NCBI GenBank assembly: GCA_003223395.1
Contig: QHUZ01000052.1
Location: 24,953 to 88,952 of the forward strand
Reading direction: 5' to 3'
From: Gemmatimonadota bacterium
GTDB lineage: Bacteria > Gemmatimonadota > Gemmatimonadetes > Gemmatimonadales > GWC2-71-9
Length of the DNA stretch: 64,000 bases
Below, in pieces: positions 27,480 through 36,624 of the stretch. How positions within the stretch are numbered: position 1 is the first letter of the stretch; every line of letters starts with the position of its first letter. The translations under genes were made by a program, and so were the position numbers. Below the pieces are notes generated by a model, which did not search any database, had not been told where the DNA came from, and worked only from the letters and a program-made list of their open reading frames with translations.

Positions 27480-28513
27480 AGGTAGGCCGTATCGCGGATC
27501 TTGGCTTCCACCCCGTCGTGCACCGCGAAATGATTGGGATAGAGCGACGCGGCGCCGAACTCTCCCCGCTTGGTCACCGCGTAGAACACGAGGTCGAACT
27601 TGGGCTTGGCCTGCGCGTCCAGCAGCCGCGCCTCGGTCTTGGCGACGACGCGCTTCAGCGTCTCCAGACACGCATCCGTCGGTTTCATGCCGCGGCGCAG
27701 GTGCTCGACCGTCAGGAACCCGCCGCACACCTTGATGTTCGCCTCGCCGAGTCCCGTCGATCCCGCCGCGCCGACGTCGTTGTCGCAGTACTGCCCGGCG
27801 CCGATGATCGGCGAGTCGCCCACGCGGCCGGGAATCTTCCAGGAAAGGCCGGCGGTCGTCGTGACGGAGGAGAGGTCGCCCTGCGGCGTCACGGCGTCGC
27901 AATTGATCGTCCCGGTTTTCGTGACGACCAGGTGATCCGAATCCGGCACGTCCAGATAGTTGTCCGTGGGGCTCAAGTTGGCGCGCCAGCGCAGCCACGC
28001 CTCGCGCGAATGCTCGGTCAGCAGATCTTCTTCCTTGAAGCCGTACGAGAGCGCGAAGCGCTTGGCGCCTTCCCCGACCAGAAAGATGTGGGTCGTGTAC
28101 TTGAGGATCAGCTTCGCGACTTCGGAAGGAGTCTTGATGTTCTCGAGCGCACCGACCGCCCCCGCCCGCTTGGTGGGACCGTGCATGCACGAGGCATCGA
28201 GCTGCACCACGCCGTCCGCGTTGGGCAGGCCACCATAGCCGACGGAATCGTCGTTGGGATCGAGCTCCTGGATCTTCACGCCTTCGATCACGGCGTCGAG
28301 CGTGTCCGCGCCCTGCATCAGCGTGTCGAACGCTTTTTGCACGGCGCGCAGGCCGTTGGCACTCGCGATCGCGACGGGCTTGGCCGCCCAGCGGGACTGT
28401 GGCGGCAGCGGACGGGGCGGGCGCATCGGATGCGGAATTGCCATGACTGCACTCGCGGTGACGCCACTCGCGGCGGACCGCAGGAACTCGCGACGCGAGA
28501 GAGATTCGAGCAT
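27464..28513 (-). CDS. Tat-exported N(4)-(beta-N-acetylglucosaminyl)-L-asparaginase / Ntn-hydrolase
   Basis: SRREFL Tat motif; SVGYGGLPN, QLDASCM, GRVGDSPIIGAG. Confidence 0.9.
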   Translation of the reverse strand: MLESLSRREFLRSAASGVTASAVMAIPHPMRPPRPLPPQSRWAAKPVAIASANGLRAVQKAFDTLMQGADTLDAVIEGVKIQELDPNDDSVGYGGLPNADGVVQLDASCMHGPTKRAGAVGALENIKTPSEVAKLILKYTTHIFLVGEGAKRFALSYGFKEEDLLTEHSREAWLRWRANLSPTDNYLDVPDSDHLVVTKTGTINCDAVTPQGDLSSVTTTAGLSWKIPGRVGDSPIIGAGQYCDNDVGAAGSTGLGEANIKVCGGFLTVEHLRRGMKPTDACLETLKRVVAKTEARLLDAQAKPKFDLVFYAVTKRGEFGAASLYPNHFAVHDGVEAKIRDTAYLFTRA

Positions 28514-28567
28514 GCACGGTTTTAGCCACTCGTCTTGCGGCTGTCAACTTGCTATCGTTTGCACCCC

Positions 28568-29275
28568 ATGGAGCTTTCGCTCGTCGTCCCCGCGTACAAC
28601 GAGCGGGATAACCTCGCACCGCTGCTCGCCGAGATCGCGGCCGCCCTCACAGGCCGGAGCTACGAGGTCATCGTCGTGGACGACGGCTCGACCGACGGCA
28701 CATTGGCGGAGCTCAAGTCGCTCCGGCAGCGGTATCCCCAGCTGCACGTCATCGCGTTCGAGCGCAACGCCGGTCAGACCGCCGCGTTCGCGGCCGGGTT
28801 TCGGGCCGCGCGCGCGCCGGTGGTCGTCACCCTGGACGCCGACCTGCAAAACGATCCTGCCGATATTCCGGCGCTCGTGGACACCCTGCAGCGGACGGGG
28901 ACAACGGCGGTGGCGGGCTATCGGGCCGCGCGGCGGGACACGCCGTGGAAGCGACTGCAAAGCCGGATCGCCAATGGCGTGCGCAATCGGCTCAACGGAG
29001 AAGTCATCCGGGACACGGGCTGCTCGCTCAAAGCCTTTCGTACCGAGGCTCTGCGCGCCTTGCCCCTGTTCACGGGGATGCATCGTTTTCTCCCGACGCT
29101 GATCAAGATGCAGGGCGGTACGGTGACTGAAGCGCCGGTGGGGCACCGGCCGCGGAAACATGGCGTCACGAAGTACGGTATGTGGAATCGCGTGTGGCGG
29201 TCGCTGCAGGATGCGTTTGCGGTGCGCTGGATGCAGCGTCGGGCGTTGCGGTACCGCGTGCGGGAGGAGCTCTAA
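28568..29275 (+). CDS. glycosyltransferase family 2 (polyprenol-phosphate sugar synthase-like)
   Basis: VVPAYNE, DDGSTD, LDADLQNDP, DTGCSLK. Confidence 0.92.
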   Translation: MELSLVVPAYNERDNLAPLLAEIAAALTGRSYEVIVVDDGSTDGTLAELKSLRQRYPQLHVIAFERNAGQTAAFAAGFRAARAPVVVTLDADLQNDPADIPALVDTLQRTGTTAVAGYRAARRDTPWKRLQSRIANGVRNRLNGEVIRDTGCSLKAFRTEALRALPLFTGMHRFLPTLIKMQGGTVTEAPVGHRPRKHGVTKYGMWNRVWRSLQDAFAVRWMQRRALRYRVREEL

Positions 29276-29626
29276 ATGACCGATAGCACACACGAGCAGT
29301 GGCTCGTGCAGATCGATGCCGAGCTGGACGGTGAGCTGTCGCTCGTCGAGCGCGCGGCGCTCGCCAAGCATCTGGCGACGTGCTCGCACTGCGCCGGCGC
29401 ACGGGCGAGCCACTTGGAAGTCCGTGTCGCCCTGGCACGCTCGGCCGGGAATCCGCACGCGTTCGTCGTGCCCCGCCCGGCGATCCGCGGCGGCACGCTC
29501 GCGCTCTGGGTGTTCGTGGCGCTGGTGACGGGACTCCTCGCGGGATGGGTTGCGGACCGCCGCTGGGGCGGGCCGGGCGGAGGCGCTACACTCGAGGAGT
29601 CGCGTGGGACTGTCGTCGTTCACTAG
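29276..29626 (+). CDS. zf-HC2 (ZAS) domain membrane protein, anti-sigma-like
   Basis: LDGELS...HLATCSHC followed by one TM helix. Confidence 0.75.
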   Translation: MTDSTHEQWLVQIDAELDGELSLVERAALAKHLATCSHCAGARASHLEVRVALARSAGNPHAFVVPRPAIRGGTLALWVFVALVTGLLAGWVADRRWGGPGGGATLEESRGTVVVH

Positions 29627-30464
29627 CGCCATGCTCGCGCTGTCCGCGCTGCAGGGGCCAGGCACCCGGCTCACGTATCGCATTCGGGTCATCGAGCCTG
29701 CCGCCGTCGCGCCGCGTACGCTCGCGAGCGGCGCGGTCAGCGGCCCGCTCGATAGCGACATGCGCCTGAGACTCCGCACCGACACGGCCGAGGTCGAAGC
29801 GCTGTTTCAGGTGACACCGACGGTCGGCGATACCGTGACACTCGGCGGTGAGTTCTATACACGACGGCAGGTGGGCCGCTCGCGCCGGGGGCTGCCGTTG
29901 TGGGAAGAAGACACCTACCGGCGGGTCGTGCGGCTGGCGTGGAGCGATACGGCGCGAGTCTATCCGTTCGGCGTGGGTGCGTCGCCTCGTCCGCACCCCC
30001 GGGCGTTGTGGGTCGAGTTGATTCTCCAGCGCGAGTTTGCGGGAGGCGAGGCGCGGGCCGCGGAAGAGTTCGATCTGGTCGATTCGACGCGCGACTTCCG
30101 TCTCGAGGCGGTCGTCCGCCCCAGACGCGCGCGCGTGGTCCTCAACCTGGTGCGCGGCGACACGGTCAGCGCGCCGCGCGGCATCGACCTGATTCCCGAG
30201 GAGCCCCCGCGGGTCGTGCAGCTCGTGCTCAAGGGGCGCGCCACGACGCTGGTGGTGAGTCTCACGCGTCCCGACCCGGCGCGCTCGATGCGCGACCGCG
30301 CGCTCGCGCTCGACGCCGACGTCGTCTGCCTGCGGGTCTCGCAGCCCGCCGTGCTGCAGCCATTCGGCACGATCTGCGGGCGCCTCAACAACGTCGCGCG
30401 CCAGCTGCCCCTCCCGACGGGTGACACGCTCGCCGCCACGTTTGCCTGGCCCGGTCCGCGCTGA
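29604..30464 (+). CDS. hypothetical secreted protein
   Basis: GAGGAG SD before GTG 29604; overlaps both neighbouring genes. Confidence 0.6.
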   Translation: MGLSSFTSAMLALSALQGPGTRLTYRIRVIEPAAVAPRTLASGAVSGPLDSDMRLRLRTDTAEVEALFQVTPTVGDTVTLGGEFYTRRQVGRSRRGLPLWEEDTYRRVVRLAWSDTARVYPFGVGASPRPHPRALWVELILQREFAGGEARAAEEFDLVDSTRDFRLEAVVRPRRARVVLNLVRGDTVSAPRGIDLIPEEPPRVVQLVLKGRATTLVVSLTRPDPARSMRDRALALDADVVCLRVSQPAVLQPFGTICGRLNNVARQLPLPTGDTLAATFAWPGPR

Positions 30465-31525
30465 TGGCCTCACGCAAGAAGCGGCTCGACCCCGCGATCT
30501 TCCACCTTCCCGTCGACAAGATGCGGGAAGGCTATTACTCCGACAAATACTTCGTTCGCGCGCGCGAGCTGCTGCGGAAGGATCACCACCGGCCTCGCGT
30601 CACGATGCAGGTCTTCGGAAAATCGCACGCGTACCTCGGCGGCATCGATGAGGCGATCGCGATTTTGAAACTGTGCGCGGAACGCTGGGACGAGCTGGTG
30701 GTCCAGGCGCTGTACGATGGCGACGAGATCCAGCCGTGGGAGACCGTGCTCCTCATCGAAGGCCCGTACGACGCCTTCGCCGTCCTGGAGACGCTCTATC
30801 TCGGCGTGCTCGCCCGGCGCACGCGCGTGGGGACGAACACGCGGCAGGTCGTCGAGGCCGCGAAGCCGAAAGAGGTGATGTTCTTCCCCGCGCGGCACGA
30901 TCACTGGCTGGTGCAGACCGGCGACGGCTATGCCGCCCACATCGCCGGCGCCATCGGCGTGTCCACCGACGCCCAGGCGTCGTGGTGGGGCTCCGAAGGG
31001 ATCGGCACCGTGCCGCACGCGCTCATTGCCGCCTACGACGGCGACACCGTCCTCGCGTCGCGCAAGTTCGCCGAGCAAAGTGATCCGTCGATTCGCCTCA
31101 TTACGCTGGTGGATTTCGACAACGACTGCGTCGGGACGTCACTCGCGGTCGCGCGCGAGCTCGGCGACCGGCTGTACGGCGTCCGGCTCGACACGTCGGA
31201 GACGCTCGTGGACAAATCGGTCATCCCCCAGATGGGAACGTTCAAGCCGACCGGCGTGAACCCGCAGCTCGCCTGGAACGTGCGGCGCGCGCTGGACGCG
31301 GAGGGCTTCAAACACGTGCGGATCGTTGTCTCGGGCGGCTTCACCGTCGACAAGATCCGGCAGTTCGAGGAGCAGGGCGTGCCGGTCGACGCGTACGGCG
31401 TGGGCTCGAGCCTGTTCCAGGGCCGGTTCGATTTCACGGCCGATGTCGTGATGCTCGAGGGGAAGCCGTGCGCGAAAGTCGGCAGGTCGTACCGGCCGAA
31501 TCCACGATTGGAACGGGTGACGTAG
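30464..31525 (+). CDS. nicotinate phosphoribosyltransferase-like protein (QPRT/NAPRT fold)
   Basis: YSDKYF, GTVPHALI, GVRLDTS, IVVSGGF, YGVGS. Confidence 0.82.
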   Translation: MASRKKRLDPAIFHLPVDKMREGYYSDKYFVRARELLRKDHHRPRVTMQVFGKSHAYLGGIDEAIAILKLCAERWDELVVQALYDGDEIQPWETVLLIEGPYDAFAVLETLYLGVLARRTRVGTNTRQVVEAAKPKEVMFFPARHDHWLVQTGDGYAAHIAGAIGVSTDAQASWWGSEGIGTVPHALIAAYDGDTVLASRKFAEQSDPSIRLITLVDFDNDCVGTSLAVARELGDRLYGVRLDTSETLVDKSVIPQMGTFKPTGVNPQLAWNVRRALDAEGFKHVRIVVSGGFTVDKIRQFEEQGVPVDAYGVGSSLFQGRFDFTADVVMLEGKPCAKVGRSYRPNPRLERVT

Positions 31526-31544
31526 GCGCGCTGGAAGGGCGGAT

Positions 31545-31572
31545 GTAGGAGCGCAGCATGCTGCGCCCCTAC
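31545..31572. repeat. GTAG-type REP palindrome, copy 2
   Basis: gtaggagcgcagcatgctgcgcccctac, 1 mismatch to copy 1. Confidence 0.88.
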
Positions 31573-31613
31573 CCACATTTGTTCCAACGCCCCTCCGCAC
31601 TGTTCAGCGCATC

Positions 31614-31668
31614 TTGCGTGGCACTCCCCGCCTGCATAATTTTCCGTTCAAATGAATAATCATGCATC
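31614..31668 (+). promoter_or_regulatory. arg operon promoter with tandem ARG boxes
   Basis: TTGCGT-N17-TAATTT; ccTGCATaattTTCCGtt and aaTGAATaatcATGCAtc spaced 2 bp apart, the second covering the argC ATG. Confidence 0.7.
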
Positions 31669-32611
31669 CATCCCGGTCGGCGTACTGGGTGCGTCCGGCT
31701 ATGTCGGTCAGGAGCTGCTGCGCCTGTTGCACGGCCATCCGGATGCCACGGTCGCGTTTGCGACCGCCGAGTCCGCGGCCGGTGAGTGGGTCGATGGGCA
31801 CGAGCTGATCAAGGCGGATGACGCGCCGTGGCAGCAGGCCGAGATCATCTTGTCGGCGTTGCCGCACGGCGTGTCGGCGCGCTACGTCCGCGAGGCGCGC
31901 GCCGGTGGCAAACGCACCGTGGATCTCTCGGCCGACTTCCGGCTCTCCCCCGACGCCGTGTACGGTCTCACCGAATTCACGCGCCCGCGGCTCGCCGACG
32001 CCGAGCTCGTCGCCAACCCCGGATGTTATCCGACGGCCGCACTGCTCGCGTTGATCCCGCTCGCGCAGCTCGGGCTGATCGATGCGTCGCGTGAGGTCAT
32101 CATCGACGCGGCGTCCGGTGTCACGGGTGCCGGACGCAATCCCAAGCGCGAGCTCCTCTTCGGCGAAGTCACCGAGGACTATCGCGCGTACGCGATCGGC
32201 AACACCCACCGCCATCTCGCCGAGCTGAAGCAGGCGTTGTCGCGCGAGGGGGGCTTCACCGGCGACCTCGTCTTCACGCCGCACCTCCTGCCGGTGAAGC
32301 GCGGCATCCTGGAAACGATCCATGTGCCGCTCACGCGGGTGCTCGATCAGGCGACGGCCGAAGGACTGTACAGCGCCACCTACGACGCCGAGCCGTGCGT
32401 GCAGGTGATGCATGGCGCGCTGCCGTCGCTCAAAGACGTCGTCTATCGGAATCGCGTGGCGATCGGCGTAGCCGAAGTCGTCGATGTTCGCCGGCCGCGG
32501 CTGACGGTCATCGCCGCGATCGACAACCTCGTCAAAGGTGCGGCGGGGCAGGCGATCCAGAACATGAACGTGATGCTCGGACTTCCCGAAACGGCGGGAC
32601 TCGCGTGCTGA
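31652..32611 (+). CDS. argC: N-acetyl-gamma-glutamyl-phosphate reductase
   Basis: GASGYVG, ANPGCYPT, SGVTGAGR, DNLVKGAAGQAIQN. Confidence 0.95.
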   Translation: MNNHASIPVGVLGASGYVGQELLRLLHGHPDATVAFATAESAAGEWVDGHELIKADDAPWQQAEIILSALPHGVSARYVREARAGGKRTVDLSADFRLSPDAVYGLTEFTRPRLADAELVANPGCYPTAALLALIPLAQLGLIDASREVIIDAASGVTGAGRNPKRELLFGEVTEDYRAYAIGNTHRHLAELKQALSREGGFTGDLVFTPHLLPVKRGILETIHVPLTRVLDQATAEGLYSATYDAEPCVQVMHGALPSLKDVVYRNRVAIGVAEVVDVRRPRLTVIAAIDNLVKGAAGQAIQNMNVMLGLPETAGLAC

Positions 32612-33387
32612 ACGTGCGCGTCGTGAAGATCGGCGGCAACGAGCTCGATCGGCCCGAATGGGTCGCCGAGTGTGCTCGCGCCTTGAGCACGATCGGTCCC
32701 GCCGTGGTCGTCCACGGCGGTGGCCGGGCGGTGAGCGACTGGTCGCGCCGGCTCGGCTTGCCGGTCGAGCAGCGTGACGGCTTGCGCGTGACGACGCCGG
32801 AGATCGCACAACTAGTCGAGATGGTGCTCGGCGGCCCGATGAATCGGCTGCTCGTGACCGCGCTGCGCACTGCCGGGCTCGATGCGATCGGACTGTCGGG
32901 CGTTGACGGCGGCCTCCTGACCGCCCAGCCGCTCCAGAACGGCACGGCCTTGGGCGAGGTTGGGGAGATCGTGAGCGTGCGGGCGTCGCTGCTGCAGAGT
33001 CTGCTGCTCGCGGGGCTCACGCCGGTGGTGGCGCCGGTCGCCCCCTCGGTCAGCGCTCCCGTGCGGCCGCTCAACGTGAATGCCGACCAGGCCGCGGCGG
33101 CTATTGCCGCAGCCCTGGGCGCGCACGAGCTGCTGTTCGTCTCCGATGTCCCCGGCGTGACGATCGAAGGCGTCACCCAGCCTACCCTTGCGGCGGCCGA
33201 AATTGAGACAATGATTGAAGGGGCCGTAGCGACCGGCGGTATGGCCGCCAAGCTGCGTGCCGCCGCGCAGGCGTTGGGGGCGGGTGTACGGGCCGTACGG
33301 ATTGGCGATCTCGATATGTTCGCGCACGCCACCGCCGGCACCCGCCTTCTCGCGGCTCCTCCAGCGACCGCACGGCAACCCGCGTGA
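32605..33387 (+). CDS. argB: acetylglutamate kinase
   Basis: VVKIGG, VHGGG, GLRVT, NVNAD, GGMAAKL. Confidence 0.92.
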   Translation: MLNVRVVKIGGNELDRPEWVAECARALSTIGPAVVVHGGGRAVSDWSRRLGLPVEQRDGLRVTTPEIAQLVEMVLGGPMNRLLVTALRTAGLDAIGLSGVDGGLLTAQPLQNGTALGEVGEIVSVRASLLQSLLLAGLTPVVAPVAPSVSAPVRPLNVNADQAAAAIAAALGAHELLFVSDVPGVTIEGVTQPTLAAAEIETMIEGAVATGGMAAKLRAAAQALGAGVRAVRIGDLDMFAHATAGTRLLAAPPATARQPA

Positions 33388-34324
33388 CAACTCCGCTGAC
33401 GACTGCAGACGCCACGGCATTGCTGGGCGTCTATGCGCGCGTCGGGCCGCTGTTCGTCGCCGGCGAAGGCTCGGAGCTGATCGCCGAGGACGGTACGCGC
33501 TACCTCGACTTCGTCGCCGGTATCGCGGTCAACGCCCTGGGTTACAACAGCCCGGTCATCCGCGAAGCCGCGCTGCGCGCGCTGGACACGGGACTGATCC
33601 ACGTCTCGAACCTGTATCGCACCGAACCCGGCGAACGGCTGGCGGCCGAGCTGACGAAGGCATTCGGCGGCCAGGTCTTCCTCTGTAACTCGGGCGCCGA
33701 GGCGAACGAGGGCGCGTTCAAGTTCGCGCGCAAATGGTCGAAGAAGACCGAGATCGTCGCGTTCAGCGGCTCGTTCCATGGCCGGCTGTTCGCTTCCCTC
33801 GCTGCTACCGATCGCCCCGACTATCGCCGCCCGTTCGAGCCGCTGCTGGGCGGCGTGCAGATCATTCCGCTGGGCGACATCGAAGCCGCGACTCGCGCCA
33901 TCACGAAAGAGCGCACCGCTGCCGTCATCATCGAGCCGGTGCAGGGCGAGGGGGGCGTTCGCAGCGTCGCAGATGAGTTTCTGGTCTTCTTACGGAAACG
34001 GTGCAGTGAAACGGCCACCGCATTGATCTTCGACGAAGTGCAGTGCGGCCTCGGGCGCACCGGGACGCGAAGGGCGAGTGGCTGGGGACGCAGCTAAACA
34101 GACTCGCCGCGCGCTCACCCCGCGTGCGCGAAGCGCGGGGCCGCGGTCTGATGTGGGGCCTCGAGCTCAACGAAGTCGCCGCCCCGGTCGTCGCCGCGGC
34201 GCGCGAGCGTCACCTCCTGATTCTGACCGCAGGGCCGACCGTGATACGCATCGTTCCGCCTCTCACGATCACGCGTGAGGAGCTCGAGCGCGGTGTCACG
34301 ATCCTCGAAGAGGTGCTTGCGTGA
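33384..34324 (+). pseudogene. argD: acetylornithine aminotransferase with internal deletion plus frameshift near 34067
   Basis: NSGAEANE, FHGR, FDEVQCGLGRTG, then a jump to the C-terminal RGRGLMWG...IRIVPPL in another frame; PLP-lysine segment absent. May be an assembly error. Confidence 0.75.
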
Positions 34325-34821
34325 CCGGTCTGTCCATCAAGCCGCGCCGCGCTCCCCAGCCCGAAGCAACGCTGCGCCCAGCCACCCTCGCGGACGTCGC
34401 CGCGATGGAAGCATTGATGGCGCCGTTCGTGGTGACGGGCGACCTGCTGCCGCGCTCGAACTACGATCTCTGCCGGCATATCAAGGAGTACGTCGTCGCG
34501 CTGGCTCCCGATGGGAACCTCGTCGGCACCGGGAGTCTCAAGGTCTACAGCACGCAGCTGGCGGAGATCGCCGGGCTCGCCGTACGCGACGACCAGCAGG
34601 GCCGCGGGGTGGGCAAGGCGCTGGTCGAAGCGCTGCTCGTAGACGCGCGCGCGCACGGATTGGACGAGGTGTTCGGCCTGACGCGCAAACCCCTGTTCTT
34701 CTTGAGGCTTGGCTTCCGCGTCGCCGAAAAGGAGCAATTCCCGCTCAAGGTCTGGGCCGACTGCACGCGGTGCCCCCGGCAGCACGCCTGCGATGAGGTG
34801 GCGGTAGCGCTGAAGCTTTAG
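34321..34821 (+). CDS. argA: short GNAT-type N-acetylglutamate synthase
   Basis: LLPRS, LAEI..LAV...QGRGVG, P.KVWADC..C; position in the arg operon. Confidence 0.8.
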   Translation: MTGLSIKPRRAPQPEATLRPATLADVAAMEALMAPFVVTGDLLPRSNYDLCRHIKEYVVALAPDGNLVGTGSLKVYSTQLAEIAGLAVRDDQQGRGVGKALVEALLVDARAHGLDEVFGLTRKPLFFLRLGFRVAEKEQFPLKVWADCTRCPRQHACDEVAVALKL

Positions 34822-34843
34822 CCCCGTCTAGATTTCCCGTCCC

Positions 34844-35515
34844 ATGCCCACTTCTCGCGTCATTTTCTGGGACGTTGACACCCAGTACGACTTCATGAAG
34901 GCCGACGGCAAGCTGTACGTGCCCGACGCCGAGCAGCTCATCCCCAATCTCCGGAAGCTCACGGACTACGCCCACGGGCACGGCATCCGTATCGTGGCCA
35001 GCGCCGACGATCACGTCCGAGAGCACCCCGAGATCTCGGCCACGCCGGACTGGAAGACGACCTTTCCGCCGCATTGCCTGCGGGGGACGCCCGGACAACG
35101 GAAGATCGCCGAGACCGCCCTGCGGGATCCGCTGGTGATCGAGCCGGAGCCTCAGGACGCCACGGCGCTCGCCACGCGGGTGCGCAACCATCGTGGCGAC
35201 ATCCTCTTTCATAAGCACCGTTTCGACGTCTTCTCCAACCCCAATGTCCTTCCGGTACTAGACGCGCTGAATCCGCACGACATCGTTCTCTACGGCGTCG
35301 CGCTGGACGTCTGCGACAAGTACGCGATCGAAGGGCTGCTGCAACACCGCCCCCAGGTCCGCCTGTTTGCGGTGGTGGACGCCATGAAGCCGATCGACCG
35401 CGACGTCGCCGAGCATCTGCTCAAAGAGTGGGGCGAGGAGGGTGTACGGTTGGTGAAGACCAGTGAGGTCGTCGTGGGCGGTCTGGTCGAAGAGCTGGAG
35501 CGGGCGAGCGCATGA
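34844..35515 (+). CDS. nicotinamidase / isochorismatase-family cysteine hydrolase
   Basis: DVDTQYDF, FPPHC..GT.G, GVALDVC. Confidence 0.82.
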   Translation: MPTSRVIFWDVDTQYDFMKADGKLYVPDAEQLIPNLRKLTDYAHGHGIRIVASADDHVREHPEISATPDWKTTFPPHCLRGTPGQRKIAETALRDPLVIEPEPQDATALATRVRNHRGDILFHKHRFDVFSNPNVLPVLDALNPHDIVLYGVALDVCDKYAIEGLLQHRPQVRLFAVVDAMKPIDRDVAEHLLKEWGEEGVRLVKTSEVVVGGLVEELERASA

Positions 35516-36624
35516 CATCGACGGCATCGGTTCCAACCCACGCGGTAGCTGTGCCCACATTCGGCAAGTTCTTCCTCCCGGGACCGACAGACGTTCATCC
35601 CGAGGTTCTGGAGGCCATGATCCGGCCCATGGTCGGGCATCGTTCGGGGGCGATGGAGAAGCTGCTCCAGAACGTCGCGCCGAAGCTCGGCGCCGTGGCT
35701 CGCACGAGTCGCCCTGTCTTCATCGGCACGAACTCGGCGACCGGCTTCATGGAGATGGCCGTGCGCAACGGCGTCCGGCGCCGCGCGCTGTCGCTCGTCA
35801 ACGGCGCCTTCAGCGAGCGGTTCGCCGGTATCGTCGGTGCGTGCGGCAAAGAGTGCATCCGGCTCGACGTCCCGCTCGGCGCGGCGGTCGAACCCGACAT
35901 GCTGCGCGACGCGTTGAAGCGCACGCCCGTGGACGCCGTCACGTGCGTCCACTCCGAGACGTCCACCGGCGTTCTACAAGATGTCGCCGGCTACGCCGCG
36001 GTCGTCCAGGAATTCGATGACGTCCTGCTGCTCGTCGACTGCGTCACCTCGATGGTGGGCTCCCCGGTCGAGACCGATGCCTGGAAGCTCGACTTCGCGT
36101 TCACCGGGTCGCAAAAGGCTCTCGCGCTTCCGCCCGGGCTCGCGCTCGGCGTGGCGTCGGAAGGGATGGTCGAGCGCGCCAAGACGCTCGAGGAGCGCGG
36201 TGCCTACTTCGATTTGATCAGCTTCCTGACGGCAACGACCAAATTTCAGCCGACCAACACACCCGCGATCTCACTGCTCTACGCGCTCGAGGTACAGCTC
36301 GGGCGGATCGAGCGCGAGGGCGGCATCGAAGCACGCTGGAAACGGCACGACGCCATGCGGCGGCGCGTCGAAACGTGGGCTCCCGAGCACGGCATCAAGT
36401 TCCTGCCGGGCGAAGGGCGCCACAGTTGGACGGTGTCCTGCCTCCGGCTCCCCGAGGGGAAACACTCCAAGGATGTGGTCGGCGTGCTGAAGCAACAGGG
36501 ATGGACGATCGGGGCCGGCTACGGCGCCCTGAAAGACTCCACCATCCGCATCGGGCACATGGGCGATCACACCGTCGCCGCGCTGGACGACCTGTTGCCG
36601 TTGATCGCTCGGGCGCTGGAATGA
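35512..36624 (+). CDS. class V aminotransferase (serine-pyruvate / phosphoserine aminotransferase type)
   Basis: PGPT, HSETSTG, GSQKALALPPG, RIGHMG; directly upstream of serA. Confidence 0.9.
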   Translation: MTSTASVPTHAVAVPTFGKFFLPGPTDVHPEVLEAMIRPMVGHRSGAMEKLLQNVAPKLGAVARTSRPVFIGTNSATGFMEMAVRNGVRRRALSLVNGAFSERFAGIVGACGKECIRLDVPLGAAVEPDMLRDALKRTPVDAVTCVHSETSTGVLQDVAGYAAVVQEFDDVLLLVDCVTSMVGSPVETDAWKLDFAFTGSQKALALPPGLALGVASEGMVERAKTLEERGAYFDLISFLTATTKFQPTNTPAISLLYALEVQLGRIEREGGIEARWKRHDAMRRRVETWAPEHGIKFLPGEGRHSWTVSCLRLPEGKHSKDVVGVLKQQGWTIGAGYGALKDSTIRIGHMGDHTVAALDDLLPLIARALE

